Shown: piece after piece, positions 19,329 to 28,428 of the stretch
Layout: every line of letters starts with the position of its first letter
Position numbering within the stretch: position 1 is the first letter of the stretch
NCBI GenBank assembly: GCA_041168605.1
Contig: JBEEKN010000004.1
Location: 4,130-68,129, forward strand
Length of the DNA: 64,000 nucleotides
Direction: 5' to 3'
Source of the DNA: Bacteroidota bacterium
GTDB taxonomy: Bacteria; Bacteroidota; Bacteroidia; Flavobacteriales_D; Crocinitomicaceae
Notes under the pieces: generated by a model
What the model was told of the DNA's origin: nothing
Database searches by the model: none
What the model saw: only the letters and a program-made list of their open reading frames with translations
Translations under genes and position numbers: made by a program

Positions 19329-22300
19329 ATGAAAACAAAAATTCAATCTCTATTTACGGCTATACTGCTCCTCGTTGGAGCAGTAAATAGCCAGTGTCTG
19401 ATGACGAGCCAATATGGTTCAGCAACAGCTCCTACCACTGCTGGAGCGATTAATATTTCGACTTGTTCTTTTTATGGGGAATATTCTGTCATCAATAGTG
19501 TTCAGGCAGCTACTACCTACATTTGTACGGTTGCAGGCCCTGGTTATGTCACCATTACAGAGGGTTCTTCAACTGGACCAATCATCGGGTTTGGGATGTC
19601 GCCATTAACATGGTCGTCTACAACTGCTGGTACATACTACGCACACTGGGCACAAGATGCTGCTTGTGGAACTTTAATTGCTTGCCAAACAACGACTATT
19701 GATTATGTAGGCCCATCAGCTGCTTGTATCAATCCTGTTGCTGCAGGTGCTGCACAGTGTAGCCCTACATTGGCTTGTAGTGGTCAAAACATTAACCTCT
19801 CACTAAACGGAGCTACCCTTGGCTCAGGAATGACCTATCAGTGGCAAAGTTCTGCTACAACAGGTGGCCCATGGACAGCAATTGCCGGCGCAACCAACGG
19901 CAGTTTATCAACTACTCAAACAACGGCTACTTATTACCGTTGTGAGGTCATTTGTAGTGCGGGTACGCCAGCTTACTCTACTGAAGTTTTTGTTGGCATG
20001 AATTCATTCATGAACTGCTATTGTAACTCAGCTGCTACTCAAGCAATATATGATGAAGAGATTTACAGCGTAACAGTCAATGGTGGTTCTACTGACCCAT
20101 TGTATGCCAATACAAACGGTTGTTCAACCGCAGCTCCAGGTCCAGGATCAATTTTAGGAGGTTATTCAAGCTTTACAACAATAGCTCCTATTACAACAGT
20201 AACAACTGGCCAAACCGTTGCTTTCTCAATTCAACAAGATGAGTGTGACGGCGCAACGTATTATGCAAATGGAATCGGTGTCTGGATAGACTTTGACCAG
20301 AATGGAACTTTTGACAACCCAGCAGAATTGGTTTACATGGATCAAACAACAGTGATGGGTCCGCGCACCGTAACGGGTTCTATCACCATTCCACCAACGG
20401 CGTTAACAGGAAATACGGTAATGCGTGTTGTTTGTGCCGAAGGAGCATCTGCTACATCATTTACAGTACTTACACCATGTCTTTCTTATGGCTATGGTGA
20501 AACTGAAGACCACCTTATTAATATCATTGCGGCTAACCCTTGTGTGGGTACACCAGACGCAGGATCTGCTTTGGCTTCTTTAACCACGGCTTGTCCGACT
20601 ACGCCGGTAAACATGTCCTTAGACAGCGCAACGGTAGCATCTGGAATTACTTACCAATGGTTGAGCTCAGCGTCTGCAAATGGTCCTTGGACAGCAGTAG
20701 CCGGTGCGAACAACGCAACCCACAGCACTACAGTTTCAGCTGATACTTATTTTGCTTGTGTGCTTACATGTACAAATTCATCATCTTCCGATACTTCAAG
20801 TGCTGTTCAGGTATTGTCTACACCATTTTATCAGTGTTACTGTAACACAGTTAATGCAGGTGGTGCAGGTTCACTAATGGATAACGTCGCATTTGCTTTT
20901 GGAGGCGCTAGCTTTTGGAACAACAATACTGCTGCAACTCAACCAACTGCAAGTCCTTATTACAGTGCATTTACTTCTGGCCCTGCTGTCATTCAAGGAA
21001 TGGAATACGGAATGGGTGTTACTGTTCAAGCACCATCGGTATATACAGGTGCAATCGTATCTGTTTGGATAGACTACGACCACAGCGGTTCTTATGAGCC
21101 AACTGAATGGACGCAAGTAGGGGTCAATATTGCTGGAGGTACAACAGGAACAGTGAACATCACCATTCCAATGACCGCAATGACAGGAAACACAGGCATG
21201 CGTGTCCGTTCAAGAGGTGCATTTAACACCAACGGTGCTATTGACGCATGTACCAACATGGGTTCAGGTGAAACAGAAGACTACGTCATCAATATTTTGC
21301 CGGCACCAGATTGTGCCAACCCAACGAATATCACTGCTACCTCTGGTGTAGATAGCATCATGACCAACTGGAACTGGGCTCAAACTTTATTGCCAATTAC
21401 GGGCTACAACTACCAATTGGTAGAAGCCGGTATGCCTTTCTCAACTGGTACTAGCTACGTGATTGACGCCAACACAAACGATACACTCGTTGATCCGTCA
21501 TTTATTGCAGGTCAGTCTTTTGAAGTCTATCTTCAGGCTGTTTGTGGTCAAGACACCTCTTATTTCATCGGGCCAGTACCTGTTGTATTGCCAATGACAA
21601 ATAATATGATGTGTGATGCTGCAGAAATTCCTGTAGATGGTCATGCTTATATTTTCAATAACACAGGTGCAACAGTTGATCCAACTGAAGTAACAGTTGT
21701 GCCACCAGCAACAGGTGCACAAACCACAACGGGCTGGTCAAATCAAAACTTGAACCTCACTACTTGGTTTACGTTTGTCGCTCCTCCATCAGGAAATGTA
21801 CGCATCAACTCAACAGCTGTGAACTACAATGGTCAGATCGCTGTGTATGCCGCAACAGACTGTGCCATTACAGGTTCATTTACCCTTCAAGCAGCCAATG
21901 ATGATGATTTAGACGGAGCAAATGCAGCGCCTAACTTCACGATCTGTGGTTTGACTCCGGGCGACACCTATTACCTTCTCAACGATGCTTTCAACAATAC
22001 CGCAGGCAACTATGCAATTGCAATCTCTGAGATTGACTTGAACGCAGGTGTAGAAGGAGAAGTCATTGAAGCATGTTATGGTGACACCATCAACTTGTTC
22101 AACGGCATCGCCAACTACCAATTGGGTGGAACATGGACACAAACCATTCCAACACTTGGTTTACAAGGTTCGGATTTCATCACAACTGGTTTGGCTACTG
22201 TATTCTTTGAATTCACATATACCATGCAAGATGGTTGTGCTTCAGACGATGTCAATGCATATGTAGATGTTTATCCAGCGTCAAGTGCAGGTGTAAACGG

Positions 22301-22796
22301 TACTTTTACAGTTTGTAAAAATGAGCCGTTCAACCTGCTTGCTGGCTTAGGCGGCGTAGTAGACATGGGCGGTTATTGGTTAGACCCAAGCAACAATCCA
22401 ATTGGTGGCAATATTGACACCGCGTCGAATATACCGGGTAACTTTAACTACGATTATATCGTGAGCAATGGCGTATGCCCAGCTGATACTGCTACAGTTC
22501 TTGTGGTTGTAGATGCAGGTTGTGATTTCACAGCGGGCATGGAAACTTTGGCTGGCAGCTTTGCCGTCTATCCAAATCCATCTGCTGATGTCCTTCACAT
22601 CGAGAACAGCTTAGGTTTGGTTATCGATCAAATTGAATTACTTGACATGAGCGGAAGAGTTGTTTTGGTTGCCCTCAAAGGAGCATTTAACAACGAACTT
22701 GCTCAAATTAACGTGATGAACCTCACAACTGGTGTTTATACTTTAAAGATGACATCTGGTGTACAAACATTCACCAACCGCATCATCAAGCAGTAA
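19329..22796 (+). CDS. T9SS cargo protein, tandem paralog 4 (Cys-rich head, two YQW-module plus GEVED pairs, PPC-like, type A CTD; lacks the Fn3/NIDO-like block)
   Basis: 1155-aa ORF 23 nt after paralog 3, with signal peptide MKTKIQSLFTAILLLVGAVNSQ. GEVED ends YGETEDHLINI and SGETEDYVINI. CTD: YPNPSADVLHIEN...GVYTLKMTSGVQTFTNRIIKQ. Confidence 0.9.
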   Translation: MKTKIQSLFTAILLLVGAVNSQCLMTSQYGSATAPTTAGAINISTCSFYGEYSVINSVQAATTYICTVAGPGYVTITEGSSTGPIIGFGMSPLTWSSTTAGTYYAHWAQDAACGTLIACQTTTIDYVGPSAACINPVAAGAAQCSPTLACSGQNINLSLNGATLGSGMTYQWQSSATTGGPWTAIAGATNGSLSTTQTTATYYRCEVICSAGTPAYSTEVFVGMNSFMNCYCNSAATQAIYDEEIYSVTVNGGSTDPLYANTNGCSTAAPGPGSILGGYSSFTTIAPITTVTTGQTVAFSIQQDECDGATYYANGIGVWIDFDQNGTFDNPAELVYMDQTTVMGPRTVTGSITIPPTALTGNTVMRVVCAEGASATSFTVLTPCLSYGYGETEDHLINIIAANPCVGTPDAGSALASLTTACPTTPVNMSLDSATVASGITYQWLSSASANGPWTAVAGANNATHSTTVSADTYFACVLTCTNSSSSDTSSAVQVLSTPFYQCYCNTVNAGGAGSLMDNVAFAFGGASFWNNNTAATQPTASPYYSAFTSGPAVIQGMEYGMGVTVQAPSVYTGAIVSVWIDYDHSGSYEPTEWTQVGVNIAGGTTGTVNITIPMTAMTGNTGMRVRSRGAFNTNGAIDACTNMGSGETEDYVINILPAPDCANPTNITATSGVDSIMTNWNWAQTLLPITGYNYQLVEAGMPFSTGTSYVIDANTNDTLVDPSFIAGQSFEVYLQAVCGQDTSYFIGPVPVVLPMTNNMMCDAAEIPVDGHAYIFNNTGATVDPTEVTVVPPATGAQTTTGWSNQNLNLTTWFTFVAPPSGNVRINSTAVNYNGQIAVYAATDCAITGSFTLQAANDDDLDGANAAPNFTICGLTPGDTYYLLNDAFNNTAGNYAIAISEIDLNAGVEGEVIEACYGDTINLFNGIANYQLGGTWTQTIPTLGLQGSDFITTGLATVFFEFTYTMQDGCASDDVNAYVDVYPASSAGVNGTFTVCKNEPFNLLAGLGGVVDMGGYWLDPSNNPIGGNIDTASNIPGNFNYDYIVSNGVCPADTATVLVVVDAGCDFTAGMETLAGSFAVYPNPSADVLHIENSLGLVIDQIELLDMSGRVVLVALKGAFNNELAQINVMNLTTGVYTLKMTSGVQTFTNRIIKQ

Positions 22797-22812
22797 ACAA
22801 CGCTTTAACATG

Positions 22813-22843
22813 AAAAAGGCGCACTATTTAGTGCGCCTTTTTT
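22813..22843 (+). terminator. Rho-independent terminator after paralog 4
   Basis: aaaaaggcgcac-tattta-gtgcgcctttttt: a hairpin plus T-tract 17 nt after the stop codon. Confidence 0.75.
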
Positions 22844-22942
22844 GTGTCTTTTTGTGCGCTTTTTTTGGAAGTGGGTACAGGTATTTACGGATGCTAAGGT
22901 GCATACTAAGGAGGTTGTTATTGGAAATCAAATCATTTTGTA

Positions 22943-22950
22943 TACATTTG
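22943..22950 (+). promoter_or_regulatory. -7 promoter box TAnnTTTG (tacatttg) upstream of the type B CTD megaprotein
   Basis: Exact match. The surrounding 18-mer, att-N-tgtatacatttg-Y-t, is shared 16/18 with the box at 198..215. It implies a 5' leader of about 170 nt if the ATG at 23127 is the start. Confidence 0.4.
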
Positions 22951-23126
22951 TTCGATACCGATTTTGATAAATTGGTGAATTTTGTATTGTTTTCTAATAA
23001 AATTGAGTATATGGAAATCAGCTAATTACCTTGATTATCAGGTTTTTAATTGTTTCTTTTAATTTATATTACCAGCCAACTATGAGACTTCACAACCTAA
23101 CAAGCCTCTCTACAACCCCACAGCAA

Positions 23127-26100
23127 ATGAAGAATGTATTTTTATTGAAAGGTTACAAAACAACCTTTTTGACTTTCTTATGGTCGGTCCTTTTGATGAT
23201 TGGTGTCAGCTTCCGAGGGCAGGCGCAGACTCCCCCTACAGTTACATCAGTCTCAGACTTGACACTTTGTGCGGGTGCAGTGGGTAATATTAGCTTTACA
23301 GGTGTTCCCTCTGCCACATTCTTTACTTGGGCAAATGATAACCCAAGCGTTGGTATTTCGGCATTAGGAAGCGGAAACATCAGCTTCACTGCAGTGAACA
23401 CAACCAGTACTACCCAAACTGCAAATATTACAGTAACACCGAAAATTTTAGTTACTGACGGTTATATTTTCCAATCAGTATCTGAGAACCAAACTTTGCT
23501 TTTAACTGCACCAGCAGGAAAAGTCATTACAAGTGTTGAGTTCGCTAGCTTTGGTACACCTACAGGAACAGGCGGTAACTACTCTATCGGTTCTTGTCAC
23601 GCCGCCAACTCAGCATCTATCGTAAGTGCTGCGGCTTTGGGTCAAACATCGCTTACTATTGCTGCATCAACATCAGTATTTGGCAACCCTTGTGTGGGGA
23701 CTTCAAAAATACTAGCAATTAAATTGGGTGTTGGTGAGCTGGTCAGTGGAAGCGCAGATGTTTTCCAGGTTACGGTCAACCCACTTCCAACAGCTACTGT
23801 TACCGCTAGTGGTGCTACAACATTCTGTCAAGGTGCCTCTGTTACCCTCACAGCAAATGGTGGAACTGGTTTATCCTACCAGTGGTCAAACGGAAGCAAT
23901 AATCAAACACTTCATGTCACTACTGCAGGAAGCTACACAGTTACATTAACTAATGCCAACGGATGTTCAAGTACTTCTGCGGCAACTGTAGTAACAGTGA
24001 ATAGCTTGCCAAGTGCACCTGCTATTACTGGTACTGCTGCAGTTTGTGTTGGATCTACAACCCTACTCAGCACAACAGCAAGCAACCCTGTCTGGAGTTC
24101 TGCAAATACTGCAGTTGCGACAGTTGCGGCAAACGGATTGGTAACAGGCGTTAGTGCAGGAACAGTTGCATTGACTTACACGACAACCAATGCAAATGGC
24201 TGTGTAAATTCTCAAAGTGTAACGGTAACGGTTAATACCTTGCCAACCGCTGCTATCTCGACAATGGGTGCTACTACCTTCTGTCAAGGTGGTTCTGTAA
24301 CACTTCTTGCTTCAAGTCCTACAGCGGGCATGACTTACACTTACCAATGGAGATTAAACGGTACGGCCATCACAGGCGCAACGGCGAGTACTTATGTTGC
24401 GAATGCGAGTGGTGCTTATGCGGTTACAATTACAACAAACAGTGGTTGTTCGGCAACTTCTGCCACGACAACAGTTACAGTAAATCCACTACCAGTTCTT
24501 GCTGCAAATGCGGGTGCAACTTCAGTATGTGAAAACAGCACTTCCGTCATCACAAATGCACAAGCTGGCGGTTTGTGGTCAACTGCTAACAATACGGTTG
24601 CAACAATCAACGCAACAACAGGTACGGTAACAGGCGTCAACCCTGGTACTACATCATTGACTTATACCTTTACCAACGCAAATGGCTGTGTCAATAGCGT
24701 ATCAACAAACTTCACAGTGAATGCACTACCATCAGCAGTGATTACCGCAGGTGGTGCAACAACATTCTGTCAAGGTGGTTCTGTTGCATTGACAGCTAGT
24801 ACAGGTACTTCTTATTTGTGGAGTACAGGTGCTACAACACAATCAATTACGGTAAGCACAATACAAGATGTTTCAGTGACTGTAACAAATGCAAATGGCT
24901 GTGCTGCAACTTCAGCAGTAACAGCTGTTGTTGTAAATGAACTTCCATTAGCGAACATTACTTCTTTGAATGGAAATAGCTTCTGTCAAGGTGGTTCTGT
25001 AACGCTTGTTGCATCAAACGGTGCCGCATACGCTTGGTCTAATGGTGCCATTACACAAAGCATTACTTTATCTGCAAGTGCAAGTGTTACTGTTACGGTA
25101 ACAAATTCAGACGGTTGTTCGGCAACTTCTGCTCCATTTGCTGTAACCATGAATCCTGCTCCATTTGCAACTGTTACGGCCGGTGGCCCCACAACATTCT
25201 GTGCAGGTGGATTTGTTACACTTACAGCTCCAGTAGCAGCTTCATACCTTTGGAGCTCAGGAGAAACTACGCAATCTATCGTGGCTTCTGTCGATGGTCC
25301 TTATTCTGTAACTATTACCGATGGTAACGGCTGTACTGCGACATCAGCAAATACAAATATCTCAGTCTTGGCTGTGCCAGTTGTTCAAGCAATCGCAGGA
25401 AGCAACGCAGTGTGTGAAGGTGGTACAACCACACTTACAAACGCTACAATTGGCGGCACGTGGTCTTCATCAAATACAGGTGCGGCTACAGTAGGTGCTG
25501 CTGGTTTACTTACAGGTGTAAGCAATGGTGCGACGACAATCACATATAGCGTAACGATTGCGAACGGATGTACTACAGCTGTTCAGTTCAATGTAAACGT
25601 CAACGCAAACCCTGTGTTAACTGCCATTACTGGTGCTGCAGCGGTTTGTGAAGGATCTTCTACAACTTTAGCCAACGCACAAGCAGGCGGCATCTGGTCT
25701 TCTTCGGATGTTGCTGTTTCTGAAGTTGCTGCAAACGGATCTGTTACTGGAATCAGCCCAGGCACAGTAACAATATCTTATACTTATACCAATGCTGCGG
25801 GCTGTACTGCTCAGGTTTCAACTTCGGTACAAATCAATGCTTTACCAGTAGCAACAGTTACTGCTAGTGGCGCTACAACATTCTGTGCTGGTGGTTCGGT
25901 TAGCTTGACAGCTCCAGCGGGCATGACCTACGCTTGGTCTACAGGTGAGTCAACTCAAGCAATTACCGCTACAACAACAGGTTCCTATTCTGTGACTATC
26001 ACGAACGCAAACGGATGTTCAGCAACTTCTGCTCCTGTGGTTGTAACTGTCAATGCCCTTCCGGCTGTATCGATTGCCAATGTAGGAGCAACTACATTCT

Positions 26101-28406
26101 GCGCAGGGGGATCAGTTACCCTCATTGCACCACTGAATTCTAACTATACTTATACTTGGAACAACGGACCTGGTGCAATTACAGGTGCATCTAACAACAC
26201 ATATGTAGCCAACGCAACTGGTTCATATTCACTTACCGTAACTGATGCAAACGGATGTACAGCAACATCTGCCGCTGTTTCTGTTACAGTTAATGTGCTT
26301 CCAGTGGTTACTGCAACAGCAAATGGTGCTTCAACTTTCTGTGACGGCGGTTCTGTAACTTTAACTGCAACAGGCGCCACAACATACGTTTGGTCAAATG
26401 GTGCAACTTCTCCTTCGATTACAGTAAGTACTTCTGGCAACTACAGCGTTACGGGTACTTCATTAGAGGGTTGTTCATCAACAAGTAACAACATTGCTGT
26501 CGTAGTCAATGCTTTACCAACAGCTAGTATCGCTACATCTGGTTCTACCGCATGTTTGGGTGCTACGGTCACGCTTACGGCATCAGGAGGTTCAACTTAT
26601 GCTTGGAGCAACGGCTCAACAAATGCAAGCATCAACGTGACGGCTGCAAACACTTACACAGTTACAGTGACAAGTGCTGAAGGCTGTAGTTCAGTTGCAA
26701 GTGAAACCGTTGTCTTCAACGCCAATCCAGCAGTTGTTATGAATGCTAACGGCCCTACGGTCTTCTGTGCTGGTGGTTCCTTGACGCTTACTGCTACAGG
26801 TGGTTCTAACTATGTTTGGAGCAACGGTGACCAAGGTGCTTCAACAACAGTAAACCAATCTGGTAATTACTATGTGCTTGTGACAAACCCTGCTGGTTGT
26901 ACTACCCAATCATCAGTTGTGAGTGTAACGGTAAATAACAATCCTGTTGTTGCTGCAATAACAGGTGCAAACACAGTTTGTGAAGGCGGCACAATGCTAT
27001 TGACTTCTGCAACACAAGGTGGTGTATGGTCAGCAGCCAATAACTTCATTGCAAATATCGATGCTGCAGGTTATGTAACAGGCTTGAATGCTGGTTCAAC
27101 TACAGTAACTTATACGGTCACTGTTAATGGTTGTACTGTTTCAACAAGTGCACAAGTGAGTGTACTCAATAATCCAGTAACACCTACAATTACAGCAAGC
27201 GGCACAACAACCCTTTGCCCAGGTGGAACAGTAGTCTTGTTTGCTTCGAATGCGGCGAACTACCAATGGAACAACGGACCAACTACACCATTTATCGTAG
27301 CCAATCAGTCTGGTTCTTACACTGTTTCAGTTACAGCTACAAATGGTTGTTCTGCAACATCATTGCCAATCGAAGTATTTATTGGCGACAACACTTCTCC
27401 TGTCATTTCTGCACCGTTAAATGTTACTACAACACCAAATCTCGGTTGTGAGGCTATCGGTGTGTCATTAGGCACTCCAATTACATCTGATAACTGTGGT
27501 GTTGCATCCGTAACAAACGATGCGCCGACAATCTTCCCAATAGGCCCAACAGTTGTAACCTGGACTGTTACAGATAACTCTGGTAACAGCTCAACAGCTA
27601 CACAAGTGGTTACAGTAGTTGATAACACCGCTCCAACGGTACAAGCGCCAGCAAATGTTGTTGTAGCGAGCAATGTATACTGCGAGGCAATTGGTGTCAA
27701 TCTAGGCAATCCTATTGCTACTGACAACTGTACAGAAAACTTAACAATTACAAACAATGCACCAGCTGTTTACCCACTAGGGAATACAACAGTAACATGG
27801 ACGGTTGTAGATGGCGCAGGTAACGTAACAACAGTTGACCAAGTTGTAACTGTAAATGACGAGTCTGCACCTTTGGTATTGTTGGCTAATACATCAGTAA
27901 TTCTTGATGCCAACGGAAACGCAACTATTGGTTTTGAAGATCTTGATAATGGTAGCGTAGACAACTGTGGTATTGCAAGTGCGGGACTCAGTCAATCGGC
28001 CTTTGATTGCGCTAATGTTGGTGAGAACTTCATTACAGTAATAGTTACAGATAACTCAGGTAATCAATCAAGCGCGAGTGTACTCGTTACAGTTGTAGCT
28101 TCTGACGCTTGTGGTGGTGATCAATGGGCCGGCCCAAGTGTTCCAGATGCCTTTACGCCTAACGGTAACAACTACAACGACACATGGGTAATTCCAGGTC
28201 TCGAAGGTTACACGACTAAGTCAATGGAAGTATATAGCCGTTACGGAACAATTGTTTACAAAGCTGATAGCTACGCTAATGATTGGGATGGTACCTTGTT
28301 AAACACTGGAACACCAGTTCCAGATGGAACTTACTATTACATCCTCACTTTGAATGGTGGTAAACAATTGAATGGTTACGTATACGTGAATCGCGTACAG
28401 AAATAA
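23127..28406 (+). CDS. Giant cell-surface protein with T9SS type B (gliding motility-associated) C-terminal domain; SUEL-lectin-like domain, 16 Ig-like modules, HYR repeats
   Basis: The ORF is open from TTG 23031. In-frame ATGs lie at 23082 and 23127, and the signal-peptide-like segment MKNVFLLKGYKTTFLTFLWSVLLMIGVSFRGQAQ starts at 23127. The C-terminus PDAFTPNGNNYNDTWVIPGLEGY...DGTYYYILTLNGGKQLNGYVYVNRVQK matches the TIGR04131 type B sorting domain. Confidence 0.85.
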   Translation: MKNVFLLKGYKTTFLTFLWSVLLMIGVSFRGQAQTPPTVTSVSDLTLCAGAVGNISFTGVPSATFFTWANDNPSVGISALGSGNISFTAVNTTSTTQTANITVTPKILVTDGYIFQSVSENQTLLLTAPAGKVITSVEFASFGTPTGTGGNYSIGSCHAANSASIVSAAALGQTSLTIAASTSVFGNPCVGTSKILAIKLGVGELVSGSADVFQVTVNPLPTATVTASGATTFCQGASVTLTANGGTGLSYQWSNGSNNQTLHVTTAGSYTVTLTNANGCSSTSAATVVTVNSLPSAPAITGTAAVCVGSTTLLSTTASNPVWSSANTAVATVAANGLVTGVSAGTVALTYTTTNANGCVNSQSVTVTVNTLPTAAISTMGATTFCQGGSVTLLASSPTAGMTYTYQWRLNGTAITGATASTYVANASGAYAVTITTNSGCSATSATTTVTVNPLPVLAANAGATSVCENSTSVITNAQAGGLWSTANNTVATINATTGTVTGVNPGTTSLTYTFTNANGCVNSVSTNFTVNALPSAVITAGGATTFCQGGSVALTASTGTSYLWSTGATTQSITVSTIQDVSVTVTNANGCAATSAVTAVVVNELPLANITSLNGNSFCQGGSVTLVASNGAAYAWSNGAITQSITLSASASVTVTVTNSDGCSATSAPFAVTMNPAPFATVTAGGPTTFCAGGFVTLTAPVAASYLWSSGETTQSIVASVDGPYSVTITDGNGCTATSANTNISVLAVPVVQAIAGSNAVCEGGTTTLTNATIGGTWSSSNTGAATVGAAGLLTGVSNGATTITYSVTIANGCTTAVQFNVNVNANPVLTAITGAAAVCEGSSTTLANAQAGGIWSSSDVAVSEVAANGSVTGISPGTVTISYTYTNAAGCTAQVSTSVQINALPVATVTASGATTFCAGGSVSLTAPAGMTYAWSTGESTQAITATTTGSYSVTITNANGCSATSAPVVVTVNALPAVSIANVGATTFCAGGSVTLIAPLNSNYTYTWNNGPGAITGASNNTYVANATGSYSLTVTDANGCTATSAAVSVTVNVLPVVTATANGASTFCDGGSVTLTATGATTYVWSNGATSPSITVSTSGNYSVTGTSLEGCSSTSNNIAVVVNALPTASIATSGSTACLGATVTLTASGGSTYAWSNGSTNASINVTAANTYTVTVTSAEGCSSVASETVVFNANPAVVMNANGPTVFCAGGSLTLTATGGSNYVWSNGDQGASTTVNQSGNYYVLVTNPAGCTTQSSVVSVTVNNNPVVAAITGANTVCEGGTMLLTSATQGGVWSAANNFIANIDAAGYVTGLNAGSTTVTYTVTVNGCTVSTSAQVSVLNNPVTPTITASGTTTLCPGGTVVLFASNAANYQWNNGPTTPFIVANQSGSYTVSVTATNGCSATSLPIEVFIGDNTSPVISAPLNVTTTPNLGCEAIGVSLGTPITSDNCGVASVTNDAPTIFPIGPTVVTWTVTDNSGNSSTATQVVTVVDNTAPTVQAPANVVVASNVYCEAIGVNLGNPIATDNCTENLTITNNAPAVYPLGNTTVTWTVVDGAGNVTTVDQVVTVNDESAPLVLLANTSVILDANGNATIGFEDLDNGSVDNCGIASAGLSQSAFDCANVGENFITVIVTDNSGNQSSASVLVTVVASDACGGDQWAGPSVPDAFTPNGNNYNDTWVIPGLEGYTTKSMEVYSRYGTIVYKADSYANDWDGTLLNTGTPVPDGTYYYILTLNGGKQLNGYVYVNRVQK
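23781..27386 (+). repeat. In-frame array of 16 Ig-like modules of two alternating kinds (11 ATTFCQGGSVTL type, 5 Big_2-like VCEGxTTxL...GGxWSS type)
   Basis: Module order read from the translation is A B A B A A A B B A A A A A B A. Each is about 72-83 aa and ends V-T-V-N-x-L-P. Copies are diverged at DNA level. Confidence 0.75.
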
Positions 28407-28428
28407 TAATAAGACTAGACCTCTAGAT

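Noticed and set aside
22759-23025. 88-aa ORF bridging the end of paralog 4 and the intergenic region.
   Set aside because: It starts inside the preceding gene, reads straight through a strong rho-independent terminator and the -7 box, and has no recognisable features. It is most likely spurious.
23031-23126. Upstream extensions of ORF-track starts: 23031, 32387, 37011, 39135, 40144, 40193, 41118, 46852, 49484, 56245, 56640, 60987, 61999.
   Set aside because: Where I checked, the track start is TTG or GTG (23031, 37011, 39135, 40144, 40193, 56245, 56640, 60987). The extension also either overlaps the upstream gene, covers a -7 box, or precedes an obvious signal peptide or conserved N-terminus that begins at an internal ATG. 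For 23031 the in-frame ATG at 23082 remains an alternative to 23127.
22844-23126. AT-rich 280-nt region upstream of the megaprotein, considered as a possible small RNA, riboswitch or invertible promoter.
   Set aside because: I could not find convincing inverted repeats, conserved riboswitch motifs or a stable structure by eye. It is retained only as a long putative 5' leader in the promoter finding.
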